NCBI GenBank assembly: GCA_963772835.1
Contig: CAVYYZ010000003.1
Location: 160,001-224,000, forward strand
Origin: an uncultured delta proteobacterium
GTDB lineage: Bacteria; Desulfobacterota; Desulfuromonadia; Geobacterales; Pseudopelobacteraceae
Direction of reading: 5' to 3'
DNA: 64,000 nucleotides
Shown piece by piece: positions 52,401-61,582 of this stretch. The position numbers were made by a program, and so were the translations under genes. The notes below the pieces were generated by a model, which searched no databases, was not told the DNA's origin, and saw nothing but the letters and a program-made list of their open reading frames with translations. Numbering within the stretch: the first letter of the stretch is position 1; each line of letters begins with the position of its first letter.

Positions 52401-55400
52401 CAGTAATCAGGGTGGTCCATACACACTCTGGTCATCAGCGACGACTCCCGGGGTCGTGGATTCCGGGCCTGACAGCGCAGTGGAACTTGGCGTCAGGTTC
52501 CGTTCCGATACCGGCGGTTACATCACCGGAATCCGCTTCTACAAGGCAGGTACCAATACCGGCACGCATATCGCCAATCTCTGGACAAACAGCGGCACCC
52601 GTCTGGCAACGGCCACGTTCAGCAACGAAACCTCCTCCGGTTGGCAACAGGTGAATTTTGCGGCTCCGGTGGCTATCTCTGCGAATGTTGTGTATGTGGC
52701 CTCGTACCATACCAACACGGGACATTACAGTTTCGGCAGGAGTTATTTTGCCGGAAATGGCGTGGACAGCCCGCCGCTTCACGCCCCGGCTGACGGAGTG
52801 TCCGGCGCCAATGGAGGGTTCGCCTACGGAGCCGGCAGCAGTTTCCCGGGGCAGGGATGGAACAGCTCCAACTACTGGGTGGATGTGGTATTTCAGCCAT
52901 GATAACGTTTAACATACTAAATTTATTACATAAATACATGCTTCTTCGAGTCTTTCGGAGGTAACGTCATGAGAAATATATTCTGTGCAGTATCAATTAT
53001 GATCGCATCAGTACTACTGATCCCGATATCGTCACATGGCGCCTCTATCTGGCCATCCTCCGCTGTTCCGGGGATCGCTGACTCCGGGCCCGACAGCGCG
53101 GTGGAACTGGGAGTCAAGTTCCGTTCAGATACAAAAGGTACTATTATCGGAGTCCGTTTCTACAAAGGGATCGGCAATACCGGCACCCATACCGGCAGCC
53201 TCTGGTCGAGAACCGGTTCGCGCCTGGCAACGGCTACCTTCAGCGGTGAAACCGCCTCCGGCTGGCAGCAGGTAAACTTCGCCGCGCCGGTGACCATCAA
53301 TGCCAATACGGTCTATGTCGCTTCCTACCACACTAACAGCGGCCATTACAGCTGCGACCAGAACTTCTTTGCAGGCGGTGGAGTCGACGCACCGCCGCTG
53401 CACGCCCTGGCGAACGGGGTGTCAGGCGTCAACGGTGTGTACGGCTACGGGTCTGCAAGTAAATTTCCCAACCTGGGGTGGAATAGTTCAAATTACTGGG
53501 TGGACGTTGTCTTTAATTCAACCGCCTCGTCCGATACGACCCCGCCGACCGTGACAGCATTTACCGTTCCGGCTACATCATCATCGCTGACCGTATCTGT
53601 CAGCAGCTTCAGTGCAACAGACAATGTCGCGGTAAGCGGATATCTGATCACCGAATCATCCGCGAAACCTGCTGCAGGTGGCGGCGGTTGGTTGACATCA
53701 ATTCCGCTCTCGTACATATGTGCAACGGCGGGCAGTAAGACCCTCTACGCCTGGGCCAAAGACGCCTCAGGCAATGTGTCGAACAGCAGAAGTGCGGCCG
53801 TTGTCATTACCATCCCGTCGGGAGGTGGTGGGGCGGGCGCCTGGTATGCGGGAGACCTGCACGTGCACCGCAGCTGCGGCGGAGCCCCGGAGGCGGTGAC
53901 AAGCCTGTACCAGAAAATGCTTTTGAATGACCTTGCGGTTATGTCTCTGCTGGCTGACATGGGTAATGGCGAGGTGCAGAACCCGGCCACCGACCTGCCG
54001 CTTGTAACCGGAGGAGACGCCTCTGTATCGGCACCGGGCCGGATTCTGCATTGGGATGCGGAGTGGCATTGGGATGCCGTGTACGACCAGTATTCCAACA
54101 AGGCCCTGGGCGGGCATGTACTGGCACTTGGTCTGTTGGAGGCACATCAGATCTGGGAAGAGTACACCTATCCGATATTCAACTGGGCGCATCAGCAACA
54201 TGGTGTTGCCGGTTTTGCGCATATGCAGTATCTCGATAACGGTATTCCGCAAGGTCTTGATTGCTGTACGCCTCTGGAATATCCGGTCGAAGTGGCGCTG
54301 GGGTCGGCAGACTTTATTGCTGAGGATGTGAACGGCAGCGATACTGCCATTCAGGCGTATTACCGACTGCTCAACTGCGGCTTCCGTCCCGGACTTGCCG
54401 CAGGTACAGACTATCCATGCAACGGCGGCGCGGATCCCGGTTCGCTGCTGACGTATGTGCAGGTGGCCGATGATCAGATGAATTATCGCACCTGGATCGA
54501 TGGCATCGCGGCAGGGCGAACGGTCGTGTCGCGCAATGGACAAAACGAATTTCTGGATCTGAAGGTGAACGGCACTGCCGGACCCGGTGATGAGATCAAA
54601 CTGGCCGGGAGCGGAACGGTGCAGGTGACGGTCCAATGGTCGGCGAACCGGAATCTGAGCGGAACAATTGAATTGGTAAGTAACGGCGTCGTTGTCGCCG
54701 CCAAATCGGCCTCTGCGGCATCAGGGAGTCCGGCAACTCTGAATGCTTCGGTCAATTTCACGAAGAGCGGCTGGCTGGCGGCCCGCAGAATGGGGAGCAA
54801 CGGGCATCAGCTGCATACCGCCGCCGTGTACGTGACAGTGAATAATGCTCCGGTACGTGCAAGCGTTGACGACGCGCAGTTTTATGTGCAGTGGATCGAC
54901 AATCTGCTGGAGAAGACATCTCCGGGCGGGGCATGGAGTTACTTCTTCGTGAACAGTCGAGCGGCAGCACAATCACGCTATCAGTCTGCCCGATCGATCT
55001 ATCAGCAGATCGCGCTTGAAGCCGGAGGAGGAGTGAATCCCCCTCCGCAGCCGACAGGGACGATCTTCACCAGCCAGATCCCGGGAGTGTATGAAAACGA
55101 TGCGGATTATGAGTTGGGTACAAGATTCCGTGCCGATGTGAATGGAACGATCACCCAGGTGCGCCTCTATACCAATGCGCTGGAGGGTGGAAGTCACACC
55201 GTTCGCATCTGGCGGGTATCTGACAGCGCCGTCGTGGCAGGGCCGTACACGTGGAATTTTTCATCCGGCAATGCCGGGTGGAAATCGTTCACATTACCGG
55301 CACCGTTGAGTATTACCGCCAACACCGATTACACGGTGTCGGTTTCCAACAGCAGTGACCGCTACTATGCCGGTCAGCTTAACGGTTTTGATGCGCCGAT

Positions 55401-55518
55401 CGTAAACGGGCATGTATCCACGTATACCGGCAGCGGAGTGTATTCGACGATTCTGGGAACTATGCCGACTTTGATCTGGAACAATACGAACTATTTCCGC
55501 GATGTAGTGTTTGCCCCG
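44450..55518 (+). repeat. Seven dispersed ~475-nt DUF4082 coding repeats and five ~280-nt Ig-like repeats
   Basis: DUF4082 at about 44450, 45476, 48617, 49582, 52420, 53041 and 55060 (divergent); DTxPPxVTxF...DNVAVTGYL...KTLYAWARDAAGNVS at about 45967, 46252, 50074, 52120 and 53533. Confidence 0.88.
49501..52902 (+). CDS. Secreted protein DUF4082-Ig-CE4-like module-Ig-DUF4082
   Basis: Signal peptide MKKPFILF...AIA; central ~580 aa paralogous to the module in the upstream gene; RBS GGAGG. Confidence 0.82.
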   Translation: MKKPFILFTALLLFGAVSNLIPLEAIAATIWPGATVPVIADSGPDSAVELGVKFRSDSSGTVSGIRFYKGNGNTGTHTGSLWSSTGTRLATATFSGETASGWQQVNFNTPVSISANTVYVASYHTNSGHYSCDQNFFASRGVDAPPLHALANGVSGVNGVYIYGTGGRFPNQGWNSSNYWVDVVFNATTSSDTTPPTITAFTIPSSATELTIPITSFTATDNVGVTGYLVNESATKPSSTASGWSTTIPSSYTFTSEGSKTLYAWARDAAGNVSTGVSDSVVITLDSGTTASTPILIISSTSNPFSGYYAEILRAEGLNVFDESDVSSLSSAQLAPYDAVILGEMSLTSSQVTIFTNWVNGGGHLIAMRPDKKLASLLGLSDLGSTIANTYLLVNTQSAPGAGIVDQTIQYHGTADLYSLSSASSIATLYFSSTTATSNPAVTLRTVGNQGGQAAAFTYDLARSVIYTRQGNPAWSGQERDGYPPIRSDDLFYGYASFDPRPDWIDRDKAYIPQADEQQRLLANLIIQMNIDKNPLPRFWYFPRNLEAVVVMTGDDHGNGGTAGRFDTYNAMSHSGCSVANWECIRGTSYIFPNTPLSDSQASAYSNSGFEIGVHVTTDCLDWTPASLRSFYTNQFAAWRDKYSSLPSPVTHRTHCIVWSDYATQPVVELSFGMRLDTNYYYWPPEWVANIPCLFTGSAMPMRYTDANGTLIDVYQAPTQMTDESGQTYPFTIDSLLDNAIGPEGYFGVFLANMHTDAADSAGSDAIVRSAQARGVPVITARQMLTWLDGRNDSTFDSLSWNGTSLNFSITAGQGANGLVAMAPLQNGQSVSRITRNGSSIPFSNATIKGIRYVRFAAAGGNYQVTYASGGSGDTTPPTVTSFTVPATASTLIVPINSFSATDNVAVTGYLVNESATKPSATAIGWTTGAPDSYTFVTAGSKTLYAWARDAAGNVSASMSDSVTITISNQGGPYTLWSSATTPGVVDSGPDSAVELGVRFRSDTGGYITGIRFYKAGTNTGTHIANLWTNSGTRLATATFSNETSSGWQQVNFAAPVAISANVVYVASYHTNTGHYSFGRSYFAGNGVDSPPLHAPADGVSGANGGFAYGAGSSFPGQGWNSSNYWVDVVFQP

Positions 55519-55521
55519 TAA
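52969..55521 (+). CDS. Secreted protein DUF4082-Ig-CehA/McbA-like PHP metallohydrolase-Ig-DUF4082
   Basis: Signal peptide; WYAGDLHVH, LGGH, GFAH, YYRLLNCGFRPGLAAGTD, GRTVVSRNG. Confidence 0.78.
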   Translation: MRNIFCAVSIMIASVLLIPISSHGASIWPSSAVPGIADSGPDSAVELGVKFRSDTKGTIIGVRFYKGIGNTGTHTGSLWSRTGSRLATATFSGETASGWQQVNFAAPVTINANTVYVASYHTNSGHYSCDQNFFAGGGVDAPPLHALANGVSGVNGVYGYGSASKFPNLGWNSSNYWVDVVFNSTASSDTTPPTVTAFTVPATSSSLTVSVSSFSATDNVAVSGYLITESSAKPAAGGGGWLTSIPLSYICATAGSKTLYAWAKDASGNVSNSRSAAVVITIPSGGGGAGAWYAGDLHVHRSCGGAPEAVTSLYQKMLLNDLAVMSLLADMGNGEVQNPATDLPLVTGGDASVSAPGRILHWDAEWHWDAVYDQYSNKALGGHVLALGLLEAHQIWEEYTYPIFNWAHQQHGVAGFAHMQYLDNGIPQGLDCCTPLEYPVEVALGSADFIAEDVNGSDTAIQAYYRLLNCGFRPGLAAGTDYPCNGGADPGSLLTYVQVADDQMNYRTWIDGIAAGRTVVSRNGQNEFLDLKVNGTAGPGDEIKLAGSGTVQVTVQWSANRNLSGTIELVSNGVVVAAKSASAASGSPATLNASVNFTKSGWLAARRMGSNGHQLHTAAVYVTVNNAPVRASVDDAQFYVQWIDNLLEKTSPGGAWSYFFVNSRAAAQSRYQSARSIYQQIALEAGGGVNPPPQPTGTIFTSQIPGVYENDADYELGTRFRADVNGTITQVRLYTNALEGGSHTVRIWRVSDSAVVAGPYTWNFSSGNAGWKSFTLPAPLSITANTDYTVSVSNSSDRYYAGQLNGFDAPIVNGHVSTYTGSGVYSTILGTMPTLIWNNTNYFRDVVFAP

Positions 55522-55569
55522 AATAAAAATAACATCAGATATGTAGATGCGTTTCAAAAAGGGGGAAAA

Positions 55570-55955
55570 ATGATCTCAATTTCAATTATTCTCCGTTTGA
55601 TCGCCGGAATATTACTGTCTGCGATTCTGCTGACCGACCTTCCTGCCCGCGCTGCCACACTGGACAGCCATACGGTCGTATTGGATGAGGGGGGCAAAAT
55701 CATCCCCTGATTGTTACAACAAATGCCAATTCAGTAGTGTTGGGTACAGGAAATGACCGGGATAGGGCGGTGGCCAGGACAGTAAGCCCTGATCAGACAA
55801 TGATGAGCGAATTCCTGTCCCCGGCAGGGGATACGTTCTGGGTTCAGTACATCACTGCACCGGTAGTTTCCGCCGGAATGACGGCGACAATTTCCTGCAT
55901 CGGGCCGACAGATGACCACTGGAACCTGGCGGCCATTGAGATAGTTGCCCAGTAG
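55570..55955 (+). pseudogene. Internally deleted secreted-protein gene (signal peptide fused out of frame to a C-terminal beta domain)
   Basis: 55570-55710 MISISIILRLIAGILLSAILLTDLPARA-ATLDSHTVVLDEGGKIIP*; a second frame from about 55704 reads PLIVTTNANSVVLGTGNDRDRAVARTV...DTFWVQ...PTDDHWNLAAIEIVAQ*. Confidence 0.65.
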
Positions 55956-55967
55956 ACATAAGACATA

Positions 55968-56015
55968 CTGTTGCTCATGGCACTCATTGCCTTGACGGAG
56001 GGTGCCATAAACAAC
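55968..56015 (+). terminator. Extended hairpin closing the DUF4082 array
   Basis: TGTTG..ATGGCAC...GTGCCAT..CAACA inverted repeat. Confidence 0.4.
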
Positions 56016-56185
56016 ATCCCGGAAATTTTCAGTAGAACAGCTCCGGATGTTAACTTTTCTACATCGCAGTAAGATTCTTCTCAAGTCTGCATTTATGGCA
56101 TTTCATTCCCTCCAGGCAAATATATATATAACATCCGCCATCCTCTGTAATGTCAGCAACATCCTGTAATTTAACAAATATATAT

Positions 56186-56202
56186 TTGGCATCATGCGTG
56201 AA
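56186..56202 (+). promoter_or_regulatory. Possible sigma54 promoter (weak -12)
   Basis: TTGGCAT-CATGC-GTGAA; TGTTAACTTTTCTACA (56048-56063) ends 123 nt before TGGC. Confidence 0.3.
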
Positions 56203-56357
56203 TGGTGAATTTGTTAATTGATTGATACGTGGCGTTTTCACATTGCCGCGTACCATTCTATTTCGCTACACGATGTAATTTAATGATTCATATAAGCAAA
56301 TTTTATACAAATCTATACGTATGTCATCCGCCGCCGGGGTAGAAAAGGTCTAAATTA

Positions 56358-58142
56358 ATGCCAACCAAACAGATGGTACATAAAACAGCCGATGTCGATT
56401 TGTCAGTAACCAAAATCAACGATGCCTGCAATGTATCCGGGATTCAAGCATCAGAACACATTGCATTCAGGCACTCCATTTGCGATTGGTGTCTCAGGAA
56501 AGCACAGCATTTTATGGATCGAAATATGCTTGAAGAAGGTTTACGCTGGGATCTCCTGGCGGGGCATATAGCCCATTTCGACTGTTCTCCTCTGTCGTCT
56601 CCGTTGATAGAGTCACACCTTGTGGACGTTGCTTCACGTCTACCCACTCCTGAGCTGGTCAGAGAACCCACTGGTCAAAAGCCGCGTCGATGGCTGCATG
56701 TCCTTAATGTGGCGTTCCCGGTGGGAGGTCATACCGCCATGGCGGCCAGGTGGATGACGCTGGATCCTGATCATAACAGGCACAGCGTAGTACTTCTCGA
56801 TCAACGTCAAGAAGTCCCGTCCTCTCTTCTGGATGCCGCAGAAAAGACGGGAGGCGTCGTCGAAGTATTAGATCCGGATGAATCGATTATGAGTCGGGCG
56901 GTGTGGTTGAGGAATTATGTGTGGCAGGAGGCCGATGTTGTGGTGCTCCATGTTACATCGTTCGATGTGATTACAACGGTGGCTTTGGGAATTCCCGGAG
57001 GGCCGCCGGTACTGCTGGTCAATCACGCCGCCCATATATTCTGGATAGGATGTTCCGTGGCCGATCTGGTACTCAATTGTCGTGGATCGGCACTGGAGCA
57101 CGATTGGACGGTTCGTTACCGCGGTATCGACCCCCAGCGGAGTCTGACCCTGCCTATCCCGCTTCCTTCTCCCCGGTCGATCCACGAGAAAGAAGACTCC
57201 GCTGATCTCAGGCAAAAATCCAAGACCGCCATGTCCCTGCCGCCCGGAGCACTGGTTATACTGACTGTGGGGAGTTCCTTTAAATACATGCCGATGCCAG
57301 GCATCGATTTTTTGGATGCAGCGCTGCAGATTCTGCAAAAAAATGCGGACTTTTACCTGATTGCTGTCGGAGTAGATGAGGACGCACGCTGGAAAGAGGT
57401 CAAGGACAGAAGCGGGGGACGATTACGTGCGGTGGGGCGACAGCAGGATCTGAGTCCGTATCATGCAGCGGCAGACGTCTATATTGAAGGGTTCCCGTTC
57501 GGGTCGACAACAGCCCTGCTTGAAGCGGGATTGCGCGGCATTCCATGCGTACTTGCGCCTGCGATCTGCCCTCCGCCGTTTACATCTGACGGGGTGGCGC
57601 TTGAAGTGCTGGATCGACCGATCGACCTGGATGATTACGTCAGGGTCATCACTTCACTGCTTGCGGACAGTTGCGAAAGAACGAGGATCGGTAGTTTACT
57701 GGCGGAATCAATTGCGGCCCATCACGGAGCAACCGGCTGGGAAGGATATCTGGATGTGATCAAGCAAAAACTTCCGATATCCCACAGTATATATAGCATG
57801 CGTGCCGCTCCATCCGTACCGGTCGGTATTGTGAACTACTGGGCCGGTTTTTCAAGTCTGGTGCAAAACGACCCGCTGGTCATAGTGATAAAAGAGGCGC
57901 TCAGACTGGGCTTGAAACCCGGATTAGATTTGCCGTTGAAGGAGGCAATACACGCATCCAAATCTTTTAGAAAGAACTATGAGTTGATTGACCTACTGGC
58001 CGCACTGACAGGTCCGATTTCATCATTTCTGCCGTCGGTAACCTCCTCCGGTTTCTATGACAGACCTGTTTTCAATTTTCCGGCCTGGGGGGAAAATTAT
58101 GCGCTCACGGTCAAAAATCATGAACATATGCTCTGTGGGTGA
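56358..58142 (+). CDS. Glycosyltransferase, GT-B/GT4-like
   Basis: LHVLNVAFPVGGHT, LTVGSSFKY, AADVYIEGFPFGSTTALLEAGLRGIP. Confidence 0.75.
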   Translation: MPTKQMVHKTADVDLSVTKINDACNVSGIQASEHIAFRHSICDWCLRKAQHFMDRNMLEEGLRWDLLAGHIAHFDCSPLSSPLIESHLVDVASRLPTPELVREPTGQKPRRWLHVLNVAFPVGGHTAMAARWMTLDPDHNRHSVVLLDQRQEVPSSLLDAAEKTGGVVEVLDPDESIMSRAVWLRNYVWQEADVVVLHVTSFDVITTVALGIPGGPPVLLVNHAAHIFWIGCSVADLVLNCRGSALEHDWTVRYRGIDPQRSLTLPIPLPSPRSIHEKEDSADLRQKSKTAMSLPPGALVILTVGSSFKYMPMPGIDFLDAALQILQKNADFYLIAVGVDEDARWKEVKDRSGGRLRAVGRQQDLSPYHAAADVYIEGFPFGSTTALLEAGLRGIPCVLAPAICPPPFTSDGVALEVLDRPIDLDDYVRVITSLLADSCERTRIGSLLAESIAAHHGATGWEGYLDVIKQKLPISHSIYSMRAAPSVPVGIVNYWAGFSSLVQNDPLVIVIKEALRLGLKPGLDLPLKEAIHASKSFRKNYELIDLLAALTGPISSFLPSVTSSGFYDRPVFNFPAWGENYALTVKNHEHMLCG

Positions 58143-58252
58143 TCATGACAAGTCTGAGACTATTTCATCTCAAGCTATGAAAAGGGTGGGGCAGGAGTTG
58201 ACTTCTTCATAACGATATATATGTGCCGCTCAATAGCAAAAGGGAGATCTTT

Positions 58253-60475
58253 ATGGATATAAGCATTATTATATGTACGTATAACAGATGCAACAGCCTA
58301 AAGACGACAATGGATAGTGTTTTATCTGCTGATATCAATGATGGCATTGACCTGGAAATCGTAGTTGTTGATAACAATTCCACTGATGCAACAGCAGAGG
58401 TTGTACGCAATTATGCAGACAGCACAGATATTACAATACGTTACATTATTGAGCAGAAACAAGGTCTGTCCTATGCCCGCAACAGGGGAATAAGGGAGGC
58501 TGAAGGGAATGTACTGGCGTTTATTGATGATGATGTAATAGTCGCAAAAGACTGGATAAACAGTATATTTTCCACCTTCCAGGACAGCGCGGTGTCCTGT
58601 GCGGGAGGAAGGATTTATCCTGTTTGGCTGGAGAGTCGTCCAAAATGGTTGAATCAGGAGTTTCATAAATATTTATCCCTGCTTGACCTCGGCAATGAGA
58701 GGATCAGGATGGACAAACCGGGGATATGGGGAGCAAATCTTATTTTCAGGGCTTCCCTGTTTGAAACATACGGGATGTTCGACACAGCACTTGGAAGAAC
58801 AGCAGGAAAACTATATGGAGAAGAGGAAGTCGTTGTTGTAAAAAGACTCATTGATAACGGGGCAGGTGTCTATTATGTCCCGGAAATCGTGGTGCATCAT
58901 TGTATAGGCCCAGCCAGAATGAAAAAATCGTATTACAGGAAGTGGTATTTTGATACGGGAGAGCTCGCCGGCATTCAATTAGGGCATTATCCTCATCGTA
59001 ACTTGAATGGTGTGCCATATTATGTATTGAAGGATTTTTTCTTTGCCTTGGGACGCTTTATTGCCGGTATAATCAGACAACCTGAAAACATATTTCTTTC
59101 TGAATTGTCCCTGTTAGGGAAAGCAGGTTTTATTAACGGCAGATGTATGTTTCAAAAGTCTCTAAAAGTCCACACAAGCGCCGGTCGCCCCGAATACAAC
59201 AAAATGACTCCCGCATTACCGCAATCCAAAGATAAAGTTCTTATTGTTTCACCTGCTATTCCCCGCCCCGATATGAATTCCGGAGATATGCGACTCAGTT
59301 CACTGATCGATATTCTCGCCCAAAAATATTCGATAACCTTCATTTCTGTAGAGTATAAACCCGGAGATGATCGATACATTTCTCGTTTGGAAGGATCAGG
59401 AGTCACCGTCTATTCCAAGCAGTTTTCTCTGTTGAATATGCTTAAAAATGAGCAGTTTAAGATCGCAATCATGGAGTTCTACTTCACAGCAGAATTTTAT
59501 CTCAACCGGATACGGATTCTTCAGCCTGAATGCCGTGTGATTGTTGACAGTGTCGATGTTCATTATCTCCGCTTGAAGCAAAAGTACGATCTTACGAAAG
59601 ATGAAGCTGACCTGGCGATATATGAGGAAACAAAAGAAAAAGAAATTAATGTCTACCGTAAGGCCGATGCGGTTATTACAGTCACCACGGATGATGCCGC
59701 AGCTCTTATCAAGGAGAGCTCAGACATCCGGTGTGAGGTAGTGCCAAATATTCATGAGATAAGCCTTACTGATGCCTCTCCGGAGAAGAATACGCTCATT
59801 TTTGTCGGCGGATTTTCTCACGATCCAAATATAGATGCAGTTCTTTATTTTTGCAGAGAAATTCTGCCGCTGATCAGAAAGAACAAACCGGATGTCCACG
59901 TTATGATTGTAGGGAGCAACCCGCCGGATGAGATTGTAAGGCTTGGCAGTGATAGTGTCACGGTGACCGGTTATGTGCCGACTACCACCACGTATCTCCA
60001 CAGAAGCTGCGTTTCTGTAGCTCCTCTCCGTTATGGTGCCGGCATGAAGGGAAAGATAGGGGAAGCCATGGCACATGGAGTCCCTGTGGTTACAACTCCG
60101 GTCGGGGCACAGGGCATGGGTCTTACTGATCGTAAAAACGTCATGATCTCCGACTCTCCCCAACATTTTGCCGCTGCCGTCGTGGAGTTGCTGAATGATC
60201 GTAGTCTCTATGACTCTATCAGGAATGATGCTGTACGCATCATTGATGATAACTACACGACACCTCAGGTCGCGAAAAGCATGATCGATGTTATTGAAAA
60301 GGTATGTAACAGCCAGGTTAAGCGTATGAGCCTTGTTGGCAAGGCGCTGTTTTTGAAGGACTACGTGATGGATCATGTCAAATCAAGGTTCAATTCTACC
60401 GGGGTTGAATACGGAGTTACTCCTAACCGCACCGCCCGGCTATCAATCTCAGGAGTTTCAAATGACGCACGATGA
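58253..60475 (+). CDS. Bifunctional glycosyltransferase GT2 + GT4
   Basis: ISIIICTYNR, VVDNNSTD, GLSYARNRG, AFIDDD; C-terminal half FVGGFSHDPN, APLRYGAGMKGKIGEAMAHGVPVVTT. Confidence 0.92.
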   Translation: MDISIIICTYNRCNSLKTTMDSVLSADINDGIDLEIVVVDNNSTDATAEVVRNYADSTDITIRYIIEQKQGLSYARNRGIREAEGNVLAFIDDDVIVAKDWINSIFSTFQDSAVSCAGGRIYPVWLESRPKWLNQEFHKYLSLLDLGNERIRMDKPGIWGANLIFRASLFETYGMFDTALGRTAGKLYGEEEVVVVKRLIDNGAGVYYVPEIVVHHCIGPARMKKSYYRKWYFDTGELAGIQLGHYPHRNLNGVPYYVLKDFFFALGRFIAGIIRQPENIFLSELSLLGKAGFINGRCMFQKSLKVHTSAGRPEYNKMTPALPQSKDKVLIVSPAIPRPDMNSGDMRLSSLIDILAQKYSITFISVEYKPGDDRYISRLEGSGVTVYSKQFSLLNMLKNEQFKIAIMEFYFTAEFYLNRIRILQPECRVIVDSVDVHYLRLKQKYDLTKDEADLAIYEETKEKEINVYRKADAVITVTTDDAAALIKESSDIRCEVVPNIHEISLTDASPEKNTLIFVGGFSHDPNIDAVLYFCREILPLIRKNKPDVHVMIVGSNPPDEIVRLGSDSVTVTGYVPTTTTYLHRSCVSVAPLRYGAGMKGKIGEAMAHGVPVVTTPVGAQGMGLTDRKNVMISDSPQHFAAAVVELLNDRSLYDSIRNDAVRIIDDNYTTPQVAKSMIDVIEKVCNSQVKRMSLVGKALFLKDYVMDHVKSRFNSTGVEYGVTPNRTARLSISGVSNDAR

Positions 60476-61421
60476 TCTGATCAGTGTCATAATTCCTACC
60501 TACAACGGGAGTAAATATCTCCTTTCAACGGTACAGTCGGCTCTCAACCAGACCTACAGACCGATTGAAGTGATTGTCGTAGACGATGGTTCCACGGAGA
60601 ATACTGCCGCAGCCCTTAAACCTGTAATGAACCGGATTACCTATATCCGTCAGGAAAACCGTGGTCCGGCTGCTGCGAGAAATCACGGCATACTGATGAG
60701 TAAAGGGAACTATATTGCGTTTCTGGACCATGATGATATATGGATGCCGGACAATCTGCTGGGGAAGATAGCACTCCTGAGAGACAATCCGGAATGCGCC
60801 ATGGTGTACAGCTATCCTGAACTGATAGACGCAGCAGGAAAATCCCTTCCACAGACGTATCATTTAGTCTGCCCGAGCGGTTGGGTGTTCGAGGATTTTC
60901 TTCACCACAACCGGATTGCGACGTTTTCCTCTACATTGATCTGCAGAAACATTTTCGAAAATGTGGGAATGCTGGATGAAAGCCCCGAAATTACCTGCTG
61001 TGATGACTATGATATGTGGCTACGGATAACGGATATGCATAAAATAATATTTTCACCAGACAAAACCGTCAAATACAGAATCCATGAGCAGAATCTCCTG
61101 AAAAATCACTCGTTAAGCTTCAATTCAAACATACATGTTTTCAGAAAAGCACTGAAGGACTGCGGCACTGTTTCGCACCTGCCACAAAAAAAACTTTCAA
61201 ACATAGTCAATGAGCATCTCTACATAAAATATTCTGTCTACGCCTTCAACTTTTACTATGACATGTGCAATTACAAATTGGCACGAGATCTTCTCTGGCG
61301 TTGCGTTCGATTGCAGCCGTACACCCTTAAAAACTGGGCATATTTACTGTTATGTTTATTCCCTTCACCCTTCATCACCAGGTTGAGGTCAGCAAAATCA
61401 ATGATGAAAGAAATGATATGA
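60462..61421 (+). CDS. Glycosyltransferase family 2
   Basis: ISVIIPTYN, VVDDGST, GPAAARNHG, AFLDHDD, DDYDMWLR; start ATG 60462 with RBS AGGAG. Confidence 0.93.
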   Translation: MTHDDLISVIIPTYNGSKYLLSTVQSALNQTYRPIEVIVVDDGSTENTAAALKPVMNRITYIRQENRGPAAARNHGILMSKGNYIAFLDHDDIWMPDNLLGKIALLRDNPECAMVYSYPELIDAAGKSLPQTYHLVCPSGWVFEDFLHHNRIATFSSTLICRNIFENVGMLDESPEITCCDDYDMWLRITDMHKIIFSPDKTVKYRIHEQNLLKNHSLSFNSNIHVFRKALKDCGTVSHLPQKKLSNIVNEHLYIKYSVYAFNFYYDMCNYKLARDLLWRCVRLQPYTLKNWAYLLLCLFPSPFITRLRSAKSMMKEMI

Positions 61422-61455
61422 TTCCTCAAAAATATACCTGCCTCAAATCTAACAA

Positions 61456-61471
61456 TGTAAACATTTTTACA
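61456..61471. promoter_or_regulatory. Palindromic TGT-N10-ACA enhancer-like site
   Basis: TGTAAA-CATT-TTTACA, 112 nt before TGGC of the sigma54 site. Confidence 0.55.
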
Positions 61472-61582
61472 ATCCGCTTCTCCCCCTGTCAGTAAAGCTT
61501 CCATCGTATCTTACGCAGTAAATCAATTCACATATTTCACATCAAATAAGTTCGCAACGTGCTGTAAAAACGTCGAATAAAT

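Noticed and set aside
53767..54636. Long antisense ORFs (also 26654-27463, 32834-33538, 59720-60376, 25404-26006)
   Set aside because: Shadow frames of well-supported genes with no recognisable motifs.
44450..55518. CRISPR array or diversity-generating retroelement behind the repeats
   Set aside because: Repeats are long in-frame protein domains; no spacers, cas genes or reverse transcriptase, and differences are not adenine-specific.
56221..56250. TGGCGT...TTGC as a sigma54 promoter
   Set aside because: Spacing between GG and GC is 2 nt too long.
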